Assembly (NCBI RefSeq): GCF_006345805.1
Contig: NW_021836608.1
Span: 1 to 23,488, forward strand
Direction: 5' to 3'
Origin: Octopus sinensis
Taxonomy: Eukaryota
Length of the DNA stretch: 23,488 nucleotides
The notes under the pieces were generated by a model. The model had not been told where the DNA came from. It worked only from the letters and a program-made list of their open reading frames with translations, and ran no database searches. Shown here piece by piece: positions 11,410 through 22,231 of the stretch. Numbering within the stretch: the first letter of the stretch is position 1; each line of letters begins with the position of its first letter. The position numbers and the translations under genes were made by a program.

Positions 11410-12220
11410 AAGCACCACAACTACGGCGGCCACCGCCGCCACCACTACCACCATCACCACCATCACCACCACCACTAACACACCAAAAACTACTGCCATT
11501 GCTATTTGTCCTTTCCGTCACCGAAATATTCAGTCATTATAATTGTTTGTTATTGCTTTTATTATTATTATTGTTGTTGCTATTATTATTACTACTGCCA
11601 CCATCATCATTAATTTTTGTTGGAATACTTTCTTCTTCTTCTTCTTCTTCTTCTTCTTCTTCTTCTTCTTCTTCTTCTTCTTCTCTTCTTCTTTCTTCTT
11701 CTTCTCTTCTTCTTCTTCTTTCTTCTTCTTCTCTTCTTCTTTTCTTTTCTTCTTCTTCATCTTCTTCTTCTTCTTCTTCTTCTCTTCTTCTTCGTCTTTT
11801 CTCTTCTTCTTCTCTTCTTCTTCTTCTCATCTCCTCCTCTCATCTGTTCTTCTCTCCTGTCACTTCTTCTAATTTCTAATTATTTTTTTCTTCTCTTCTT
11901 CTTTTATGATCTATTGTCTTTTTTTTTTTTTACTTCTCATCTCCTCTCTCTATTCATCATCTCCATCTTCTTCATCTTCTTCATCATCGTCAATCATCTT
12001 CGTCGTCGTCGTTCATCTTCTTCCTATTATAATAATATATATAATAATAATAATAATTATTATTATTATTATTATTATCATTATTAGGGGACATATCATC
12101 GTCATCATCAAATCATCATCACCAAATCATCATCGATCATCAAGAGTCGTCGTCGTCATCATCTCATCATCAGATTATTATTATTATCATTACATTATTA
12201 TTATTATTATATTATTAGGC
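11410..12220. repeat. Compound trinucleotide array (CAC, TAT, long CTT tract at about 11628-11880, CAT/CGT, AAT/TAT)
   Basis: Directly visible. Source of the poly-S/L/F/K/E/R ORFs. Confidence 0.95.
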
Positions 12221-12229
12221 GACCGTACA

Positions 12230-12590
12230 TAAGACCAAATGAATAAACGCGAAAGAGGCGTGACGTGGAAAATTCATATTCGAATCGCGAGCGCAACTAG
12301 CTAAGATACCAAGACCCCCACCTCCAACCCCCCGCCCACTTCCCCCTCCCCCATCCCCCGCCCTCCTCCCACGATTCCTGAAGGCTATTTAGACCGACGT
12401 CTTTCCACTAAATGTCACAGGAAAACCGTGAGAGGTATCATCCCTTTGGAAAGAAACTGCCATGTTGTTTAGGCCGCTTAGGATCACAAAGTAACGCTAT
12501 CTGCCAAGCGGAGCGTGATAGTTTGACATCTGAAATGCAGATCGCCTGCCGCCTACCGTTAAGTAGTTGAATGATGCGCATGTATGTATA
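12230..12590. promoter_or_regulatory. CpG-rich unique island with G-quadruplex-forming C-tracts and GC-box/CRE-like motifs (candidate cis-regulatory element)
   Basis: Many CpGs, TGACGT at about 12261, CCCGCCC twice (about 12331 and 12357), and eight C3-6 tracts within 12315-12370 (G-tracts on the minus strand). No functional evidence. Confidence 0.35.
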
Positions 12591-12839
12591 TATATGCCAG
12601 TGTGCGTGTATGTATGTATGTATATAGTAATATATACACACACACACAAGCATATGTGTGTGTATGTGTGAGCGCATGCGTGCACGTGTTTCAATGAATG
12701 TGGCCCTCATAGATTTACCCCCAGACGCAGCCTTAGAACATCTTATGACAGGTGAAAAGGCTTCTTGACTTGTATGAACTTGGTAAATGAAAAGGAAAAA
12801 TGCAGAGAATAAAATTACGAAATTTAGATTACACACTCA

Positions 12840-12861
12840 ACATATATATATATATATTTTT

Positions 12862-12905
<44 letters not shown>

Positions 12906-13330
12906 TATATATATATATATACTGTGTGCGTATGTAATGCATATATATATATATATATATATATAATATACATATACATATATGGGTAGATATACATACA
13001 CATGTGTACACATATTTGTACATAGATATACGTATATAATACACGCATACGTATATGTATTGATACTCTATGTATAGATATGTATATGAAAACTGTAAAT
13101 ATACATACACATATCGTACATGAACATACACGACAAACAAACACAAACAGTTATGCACATATATAGCGATTGAAAGACTATACTGTGTTCCAAGAAAAAA
13201 AATCTATATCATGCATATATTTATATACATACATACATACATACATACATACGTACGTACGTACATACATACATACATACATAGGTACATACATACATAT
13301 AATACACACACACACACACACACACATACA
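12840..13330. repeat. (TA)n/(TACA)n/(CA)n arrays
   Basis: Directly visible. Confidence 0.9.
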
Positions 13331-13748
13331 TATTCAAGAAAACTCAATAAGAAATATAATTTTATACCAACAACTAAAGAATTAAATCTTTCTGAAATAA
13401 TATGACAGAAGCAAGCCACGAAATTGAAACTTCGCTAAGCAAGGCAAACTTCCTGTCACCGTAAACTCCAATCATTGTTTATATATATATATATATATAT
13501 ATATACAATTACACGTAAATCCACACACATAAAGTAACAGACGCGCACACGCACACATGAACACATACACATACACATATCCTTGTAGCAGGTTGTGTTC
13601 TAGCTTCGATTTTTTCTTTTTACAGATTTGCCATATTTCATTATTAGTCCTTCATATAGAGCTTGTAACAAAAACGTGTCTTAGAACATGTCTTCAATAT
13701 ACATCTTTTGGTTTTTTTTCCTTTTTCTGAAATATAAGCTGTTACCTA

Positions 13749-13749
<1 letters not shown>

Positions 13750-13793
<44 letters not shown>

Positions 13794-13799
13794 CACACA

Positions 13800-13846
<47 letters not shown>

Positions 13847-13970
13847 AACAAACACAGAAATACATGCTCACGCATACGCAGCACTCACAGATATATTATA
13901 TATATGTACGTGTATATATATACATATATATATATATATGTGTAGGTATATATATATAAATATATTATAT

Positions 13971-14003
<33 letters not shown>

Positions 14004-14070
14004 TATATATACATATATATATATGCATATATGCTTGTGTATGTATGTGTGTATGTGTGTGTCTGTATGT
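13750..14070. repeat. (CA)n and (TA)n arrays
   Basis: Directly visible. Confidence 0.9.
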
Positions 14071-14341
14071 ATCTGCATATCTGTATGACTTAGACTCTCT
14101 GCCAGGGAAAGTGTCTTAGAATTTATCTGTCAGTTGTTTTGTGTAGTTTTGTTCTAATTTTCTTTTGTTTCCTGAATGGTAAGCTCTCCCATTGTAGTAT
14201 GAAATATTTGCGCAAAATGTTTTTTTTTTATATTGAAAATGAAATGCCAGAACATTCAACAATTTATGACAAAGGTGGCGCCCCTTCTGGCATTAGTGGT
14301 TATTTTCATGAAACCTTTAAAGTTTTTGGTGTCTGTGAAGT

Positions 14342-14405
14342 TCTGGGCCTCAGTTTCCGATATTATATTGCTTAAGCGATATAATATCGGAAACTGAGGC
14401 CCAGA
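14342..14405. repeat. 64-bp near-perfect palindrome centred on TTAA
   Basis: tctgggcctcagtttccgatattatattgc-ttaa-gcgatataatatcggaaactgaggcccaga: 30-bp arms with one mismatch (G.U on the plus strand). Confidence 0.95.
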
Positions 14406-14947
14406 TATGTATCAAAGTAAACCATCTTCATAATTGTACTAGAATTCCTCAAAACCAAAGTTATTTGGTGAAGAAATATTGCTGCTTCATCGTGGCCTTT
14501 AATTTAAAGTTTTCATCTCCTCGTACCATCCTTTTTTTTTATAGTAACAGAAGTGTACATTCTTAAAAATATAAGCGTTGTTTCAAAGAATAAGCATAGT
14601 CTAACTTGTAGCTTCTATCTGCTAGATCTAACAAGCTAAAATTCACCCCCAATAAAGAGCGGTATCTTGAATACAGATCCACATTGCCCAATATAGAAGT
14701 ATCTACTTCGAAAAAGGCGAGATGGTAAAGAACGAAGAGCTTGGTTTGATAATATATATGGCTTAGCTGTCCGGGACTTGGAAGTCACTATGAACAACAT
14801 TCTTGTATAAGAACAATAAATTGGTAGTCTACAAATCTGAAGAGTAACCCATAAGATTAGTGTAAATTGTTCTTATTGTAACTGTACATAAAACAGACAT
14901 TAATATAATATAATATAGTATAATTAATATATACATAAATAAATATA

Positions 14948-14995
<48 letters not shown>

Positions 14996-15035
14996 TATAT
15001 ATATATATATATATATATTAATATTAATATATATG

Positions 15036-15082
<47 letters not shown>

Positions 15083-15134
15083 TATATGTATATGTAAAAA
15101 AACACAAACTGGGACAAGAACGCAAAACATTTAG

Positions 15135-15430
15135 AAGACGATACAAAAAAACGGATGGGACATTCGAAGCCTTCAATCTTCAGTCAAGAACCGGATCATC
15201 TTCGCAATTTCGGTTGATTAATATTGAGATTGCTCCGACCAGGCCAACCCCAAAGGAAAATCTAAACCAAGCGCATTAGATTCCTTGGAAGAAAGCCTCG
15301 AATGTATACAAAATAAGGACGGGAACGAATAAGAATACAAAAATACGCAAAAACAACAATGACAACACGAATAAGAATACGAAAATACATAAAAACAATA
15401 ATGACAATAATAATACAAAAACCAGGACGT
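15135..15430. mobile_element. Unclassified interspersed repeat with an internal 42-bp tandem duplication
   Basis: Units at 15325-15366 and 15367-15408 (acgaataagaatac.aaaatac..aaaaacaa.aatgacaa.). The block is flanked by (TA)n arrays. Family not established from the sequence. Confidence 0.4.
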
Positions 15431-15450
15431 TTACAGACATAATATATGTA

Positions 15451-15502
<52 letters not shown>

Positions 15503-15546
15503 TATATATATAATATATATATATATCTATATATATATATATATAT

Positions 15547-15582
<36 letters not shown>

Positions 15583-15898
15583 CGAACCAAGAGTTTAACG
15601 ACCCTGTGTCCATAGCACTTACTTAGTGTTACCTGCCGCTCTTTGGGTCGTCTAGATAGCAATACCTTTTATTACACACATACGTACATAATGCATACTT
15701 TCATACATACATCACACTCACACATCATACATACATACATACATACATGCAGACAGACAAACATACATACAGACATATATATTATATATTCATAATTAAT
15801 CAATATAGGGTGGCAAGGAAAATTTTGTAGAATTTTATTGCCACCATGCGGCCCAGTGGGAAAAATTAAATAGTCATAGACCATTTTAAGTTCAACAT

Positions 15899-16127
15899 TA
15901 ACAATTAAGGAACGGCCATAATAGGCCATTCACCCACTAGAAATAACAGCCAAAGCTTCTAACCGCAAATAAAGATTAATTCCGTAAACAGGAGAAAATT
16001 AAAACTTCAGGGTAAATGTTTTTTTTAATTTTCTCCTGTTTACGGAATTAATCTTTATTTGCGGTAGAAGCTTTGGCTGTTATTTCTAGTGGGTGAATGG
16101 CCTATTATGGCCGTTCCTTAATTGTTA
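15899..16127. repeat. Long inverted repeat (about 105-bp arms, 18-bp spacer)
   Basis: 15899-16004 versus 16023-16127 are reverse complements. I see a single 1-nt indel (ctaaccgc versus ctaccgc). Confidence 0.95.
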
Positions 16128-16512
16128 TAATATATATATATTATATATATATCATGTATGCATGTATGTATTTATGTACATATACATGAGTGGAACACAC
16201 AAAGGGAGAGCAGTGTCAACAAATTTATTGAGAGTTACATGTATGGATCAGAACAGTTTCATTCAAATAGCGAGCCGCTTAGAGTTTCAAAGAGCCTAAC
16301 GGGGTTTATCATTGGGCCAGTGAAATTCGAATTACACACTCACTATGATAGGGGCTTTGAAATGTAAGTATCAGGGAATTTGAATCATATTGTTGTAATT
16401 TCTTTCTCTCTCTTTCTCACTCTCTCCTTCTCTCTCTCTCCACACATATATATATATAGGTGAGAGAGTTGGTATGTGAAAGCACGTGGCTGGATGTATA
16501 AAAAATAAGAGA

Positions 16513-16829
16513 AGTGAAAAACTACAGAAGGCTTGTGTTATAATGTTAAAGAATATATTTAAGTCGTTATGTTAGAAAAATGTTAGAAAATTTTGTGTAT
16601 AGTAACATAGTTTTGGGAGAAATAACCGGTTTCGTTGTTTTCTTTTCAAATTTCTCAATTTCAAATTTTCAAATTTCTGAAATTTGAGAAATTTGAAAAG
16701 AAAATACAAAACCGATTATTTCTCCTAAAACTATGTTACTATACCAAAATTTTATAACATTTTTTCTAACATAACGACTTAAATATATTCTTTAACCATA
16801 TAGCACAAGCCTTCTGTAGTTTTTTCACT
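16513..16829. repeat. Long inverted repeat (about 148-bp arms) carrying hammerhead motifs
   Basis: 16513-about 16660 versus about 16680-16829 are reverse complements, with roughly 10% mismatch by eye. Confidence 0.9.
16617..16656 (-). ncRNA. Minimal type I hammerhead ribozyme motif, U3-A8 core variant
   Basis: Minus strand: GAGAAAU-UUGAAAA-G(AAAACAA)C-GAAA-CCGG-U-U-AUUUCUC. Perfect 7-bp stem I, 1-bp stem II, palindromic ACCGGU stem III, GUU cleavage triplet. Confidence 0.6.
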
Positions 16830-16830
16830 C

Positions 16831-16834
<4 letters not shown>

Positions 16835-16867
<33 letters not shown>

Positions 16868-16937
16868 AGTACATAGTATATATATATATATATATATATA
16901 GATATACATATTATACATATATATACATATATATATA

Positions 16938-16991
<54 letters not shown>

Positions 16992-17120
16992 TATATATAT
17001 ATATGTATAATATGTATATATATGTATATTATATGTACATATAGATATATTTATATTTATACACCTCACCAAAGACACAAACACTCACACACACATATAT
17101 ATATATACACACACGTATAT
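16835..17120. repeat. (TA)n/(CA)n array
   Basis: Directly visible. Confidence 0.9.
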
Positions 17121-17849
17121 TTTTCAATTTTTCATTGGTAGAAAATTTGAAAAGTAGCTCAAGGATCAAGAGTTTCATACAGTGTACATATGAGTGTGTC
17201 TTCCAACGTAAGAACTTTCTTCCTTATGTAAAGGGAATGATAAAGATTTTTCCGGGAGACGCATTTTTAAAATATCCCACTTATTAAGCAGGCCTAAACA
17301 ACATACATGCATATATCTTTACCTAGAGGAATATATATATAAAAGTTTAAAAAATGACGGAACAAGAACTTAACCGCGACAACATTCATGGCTTTCTATT
17401 CACGAGTCAAGCTTCCAGTATTACTTATTATACTACATGTTACTTATATTATATATTTATCATTTATTTATACTTTTTTAGATCTAGTTATAAGTTATAT
17501 GTTTTATAAAAATATATATTACTTGTTATTTATGTATTGATTTATGTCTATCACTGCTTGAGTTGCATAATAGTGGTTTTATCTCTAATTTATATTTTAT
17601 AAATATATGTATATTATAAATATATATTATATATATATATATAACCAAGTAGATATATGGATAGATAGATATATAGATAGATAGATAAATAGGTACATAG
17701 ATACGCACACATGTAGTGATGTAAAGGGAAAAGCAGAACTCCAGATATGAGTATAAGTATATAATTTTTTATTATATTTAGTAGAAGTTACAGATTGACT
17801 GAATGTCCGAGACTTTCCTGCGTTTGATTAGTGATAACGCGCGTAATAC

Positions 17850-18367
<518 letters not shown>

Positions 18368-18843
18368 CGACGAACATACAAGCGTTCCTTCTTTTCACAG
18401 AATCCGGCAGACGCACAAAGTAAGAGTGGAACTTGATGCAGTCCTGAAGATGTGCCACTCTAATGTTTAAAACCGTAAATATTACTTAAATTTACACGTG
18501 GAACTGTTGCATTAACTGGCGTTGAAAGCAGAGTTCATACAGAAACATTAATAACGGATCGTTAAAGATCTGTTTAAGTCTTTTTTTTTTGTCTTTCTTT
18601 TTGAATTATATGTTACTCTTCGCTAAACCCAGACAACTGATTTACCGTTGCGAAACTTGCATTTTCAACATTCGAAGAATTTTCCACGTTAGTGTGAATC
18701 TTCCCGTAGATGACCTGAGATACAGGCTGTGTGCTGCATTCGAAATGCCTTATCATTCCCAAAACTTAGCTCACAGGTTAATGATAAATACTCGTATTTT
18801 TCATCTTCCATATATATGTATGTATATATACATGTATACATAT

Positions 18844-18882
<39 letters not shown>

Positions 18883-18912
18883 ACACATATATATATATAT
18901 ATATAACATGTT

Positions 18913-19062
18913 ACAATTATTCGGCAGCCATGATAAAACTCCGAGTTTCGGATGTCGGGGTGGAAATCCACGCCGCCATCTCTTCAGTTATCCGACCATC
19001 AGCGTGGATTTCCACCCCGGCATCCGAAACTCGGAGTTTTATCATGGCTACCGAATAATTGT
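18913..19062. repeat. Inverted repeat (61-bp arms, 28-bp spacer)
   Basis: 18913-18973 versus 19002-19062 are reverse complements with 2 mismatches. Confidence 0.95.
18932..18992 (-). ncRNA. Type I hammerhead ribozyme-like motif
   Basis: Minus strand: GAUAA-CUGAAGA-GAUGgCGGcGUGG(AUUU)CCACcCCGaCAUC-c-GAAA-CUCGGAG-U-U-UUAUC. Canonical CUGANGA and GAAA boxes, 5-bp stem I, near-palindromic ACUCGGAGU stem III, and one extra C at the stem II junction. Confidence 0.55.
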
Positions 19063-19142
19063 CACGTATACATTTACAGATAAATTCCTCGATTTACATA
19101 CATCGAGGTCACTTTCATTCTTTTGTCTTACCATTTTTATGA

Positions 19143-19174
<32 letters not shown>

Positions 19175-19200
19175 CCATACATACTTACAATCATAATATA

Positions 19201-19245
19201 GGCTAGGAGTGGATGTGTGTAAGTAGCTTGCTTACCAGCAAGCCC
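19201..19245 (+). mobile_element. Truncated SINE head
   Basis: taggagtggatgtgtgtaagtagcttgcttacca has an A-box-like tRNA-derived head. Identification rests on my recollection of octopus SINEs. Confidence 0.35.
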
Positions 19246-19379
19246 TTTGTATGTATACATATATATATAACACATATATACACATATCTACAAACACACA
19301 GACACACACACATATGTATATAAGGATAATATCATTATTTAAAATACTGATCATATCAAGTGTCTAGCATGGGTATAAG

Positions 19380-19417
19380 AACCTCATAGGTATTATTATA
19401 TATATATATACATACAT

Positions 19418-19500
<83 letters not shown>

Positions 19501-19944
19501 CACCTAATAATATATATAATAAACATACATACATATATATATAATAATAAAAGGGAAAATTAATTAATTAATTAATCTATTTATTAATAACTAAATGTTA
19601 CCTAGTAGTTCGGTATGTTAAAAGAACCATTATCGGTAATCTTAAACAAAAATTCCTATAATTATGAGTATAATTATATGTGGTGGACCAAATTTTTTTG
19701 CTGAACCCTAATTATAATCATACCCATAATTACAAGTATATATATATAATTTGGAAATGAATGCGTGGTGTTCGAACATATAATAATATAAAATATATAT
19801 ATATGCATATATACATGCTAATATACATGCAAATATGTATATACCAACTCATATCACACACATACACACACACAGACGCACGCACACACAGACACACACA
19901 CAAACACACACATATATATGTATTTATATATCTATGTATATATT

Positions 19945-20002
<58 letters not shown>

Positions 20003-20066
20003 TTACATATATATGTGTATATATATAAATATATATAATATATGTATGTATGTGTGTGTGTGTGTG
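19380..20066. repeat. (TA)n/(CA)n arrays with a short AT-rich unique block (about 19545-19760)
   Basis: Directly visible. Confidence 0.8.
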
Positions 20067-20965
20067 CAGGGTGTTCGGACTACGTCTGACGACTTTTTTT
20101 ATATCTCCTCTTCAAGAAATGCTCGATGAACAGTCAACGGCGTTGGAGAGCTCACATTTAATGCTGTAGTTGAAAAAAAAATAGGTACTGGAAGCCATTC
20201 GAATATTTGAAGTTACCTGTACTCTGACGATTCGCACCAGGTATCAGAATGCCAACGTTATGACCGCTGCAAGCTGGTAGAAAAGTTAGCACGCTGGGCG
20301 AAATGCGTAGCCCTATTTCGTCTGCCGTTACATTCTGTGTTCAAATTCCGCCGAGGTCGACTTTGCCTTCCATCCTTTCGGGGTCGATAAATGAAGTACC
20401 AGTTATGAACTGGGGTAGATATAATCGACTTAATACATTCGTCTGTCCTTGTTTGTCCTCTCTGTGTTTAGCCCCTTGTGGGTAGTAAAGAAATAGGTAT
20501 TTCGTTTGTCTTTACGTTCTGAGTTCAAATTCCCCCGAAGTCAACTTTGCCTTTCATCCCTTCGGGATCGATAAATTAAGTACCTTTTGCGTACTGGGAT
20601 CCATCCCCAATATTTCGGGCCTTGTGCCTAGAGTAGTAGAAAAGATTATGACCGCTGCTCAATGTCCCGTGAAGACTGTTAAGGCTGTGAAACGTGATAT
20701 GAATAGCTGCAACACTGACTAGGAAATCATGGCTAACATATCTTTGGGTGATTCTTCAGGGAGGATAACATCATGCTACCCTCCATCTTTAAACAGGGCC
20801 TTAGGCTCAGTTCAGACTGCTATGTGAAGGTAATATAGACTGTAGTCAAACACTGGTTGTAGAGGATCGCTGCTTGAAGTCCATGTGGATTTGGTTTCTT
20901 GTTATACCACCGGAAATCTGCCAGAAGTGGTTGTCAGAGAACTTCTACGACTTCCCGAACCCTAA
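20067..20965 (+). mobile_element. Degenerate Tc1/mariner DNA transposon relic, interrupted by a SINE
   Basis: Starts CAGGGTG. About 20745-20955 translates, with stops and shifts, to DNIMLPSIFKQGLRLSSDCYVKVI*TVVKHWL*RIAA...QKWLSENFYDF, matching the DDE/D catalytic region of Tc1/mariner transposases just upstream of the WPPNSPD motif. Boundaries are approximate. Confidence 0.65.
20271..20645 (+). mobile_element. Full-length dimeric tRNA-derived SINE with 13-bp target-site duplication
   Basis: TTATGACCGCTGC at 20258-20270 and again at 20646-20658. Internal repeat: gttcaaattcc.ccga.gtc.actttgcctt.catcc.ttcggg.tcgataaat.aagtacc occurs twice (about 20339 and about 20523). Confidence 0.9.
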
Positions 20966-21885
20966 ATTTGCTAGGGAGACTGGAATGATATTTAATAATG
21001 GTCAATACACCCTTTCGTATCGTCTCAATTATATCAAAATTTGTAAGCAATGCAGATATATCCTCGTGTGAATTTCGTTGATATCGCTTGACAACTGAGG
21101 AGAAAGTTCTCGGTTTTGTTAGTTATGTTCCTTAGTTATTTTTTAAAGGTTACCTGCTTCTGTAATATGTGTTACACAACTTTATATGTATAATACATTT
21201 ACGAACAGATAAATAGCCATGCTACAGAACAATGCTGCACATTGGAAATTGATTCTAACTACGGGTTTTCAAAGTGATGTTAACATATTAATACAAATGT
21301 ATTTACATAATAGATACATATGTATACTCTACAACGCGGGTCTTGTGAGTGATCAACTGAGATAATAGGGCAATTGCATAAATATAATAGATATCAAAAG
21401 CATCTGTGTCACGTCCCTGAATAACAAAGTAATTTATTTCTGATGATCGACAGTGATTTGGAACTTACGACTAAAAGATCCGATCCCGAAAGGTATTTGA
21501 TCCAATACTGAAAATTTTCACTAACCTATCTCCCAGAAATTGCAATTAATCTATAAACTGCGACAAGATGCTTTCTTGTTAACCTAGTCAACATGACTTC
21601 TACTATGGGTTGCCTAATCTGCCAAATTTTCCACATTATGCCAGTAATATACAGGGACTTTACAAAGGTTGAACAAACATTGAACAGGGCTTGGACACTG
21701 ACTGAGCCCTAAAGCTTCATCAAAGAGATTATAATGTTAGGAAACTAACATGTGAAGAAGTAAGTTAAAATAATAAAATAAAATAAGATAATAACATAAT
21801 AGAAATAGTAAGGAATGATAAAAACGTTAATTCCAAGGTAATATTCATAATCCAAGGGATTGCGGATTGCATGTTATGGTAAAGA

Positions 21886-21976
<91 letters not shown>

Positions 21977-22007
21977 TGTATGTATGTATGTATGTATGTA
22001 CGTATAT

Positions 22008-22164
22008 TGTTGTGTCTGGAGAGAGTCATTCTCTTTTAGTGCCTTATAATTTAACACACTCACCGATAAAATTTCCAGTCATTTATTTTTCTAAAATTTT
22101 CGTTGCGTCTTGCAATCTTTTCAATTGAGACGCTAAAAGAGAATGACTCTCCCCAGACACAACA
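22008..22164. mobile_element. MITE-like element with terminal inverted repeats of about 35 bp
   Basis: tgttgtgtctggagagagtcattctcttttagtg (from 22008) versus cgctaaaagagaatgactctccccagacacaaca (ending 22164). Confidence 0.75.
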
Positions 22165-22231
22165 GAATATGCTTCAACACGAACTCACATAAAGAATCTT
22201 GCAAACCAAATCCAAAAACGATATGTATATA

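Noticed and set aside
11499-12232. Poly-K/E/R, poly-S/L/F ORFs that look like acidic/basic or membrane proteins
   Set aside because: Translations of the CTT/TAT/CAT arrays, open in most frames on both strands.
12440-13670. Chains of frame-compatible micro-exons on either strand (e.g. plus 12723-12749 and 13626-13664; minus 12782-12723)
   Set aside because: Mutually exclusive models of similar quality can be built on both strands. A faint resemblance to an RGS C-terminus was out of register. Undecidable without RNA-seq.
15150-15230. CTGAAGA and GAAA boxes on the minus strand suggesting a hammerhead
   Set aside because: I could not build stems I-III with correct core spacing.
15960-16030. CUGAAGU...GGAAUUAAUC hammerhead-like string in the 15.9-kb palindrome
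   Set aside because: Two core positions are wrong and there is no stem I pairing.
20271-20645. tRNA gene suggested by GTTCAAATTCC B-boxes (also at about 3376)
   Set aside because: No cloverleaf. The boxes are part of SINE bodies, one of which has a TSD.
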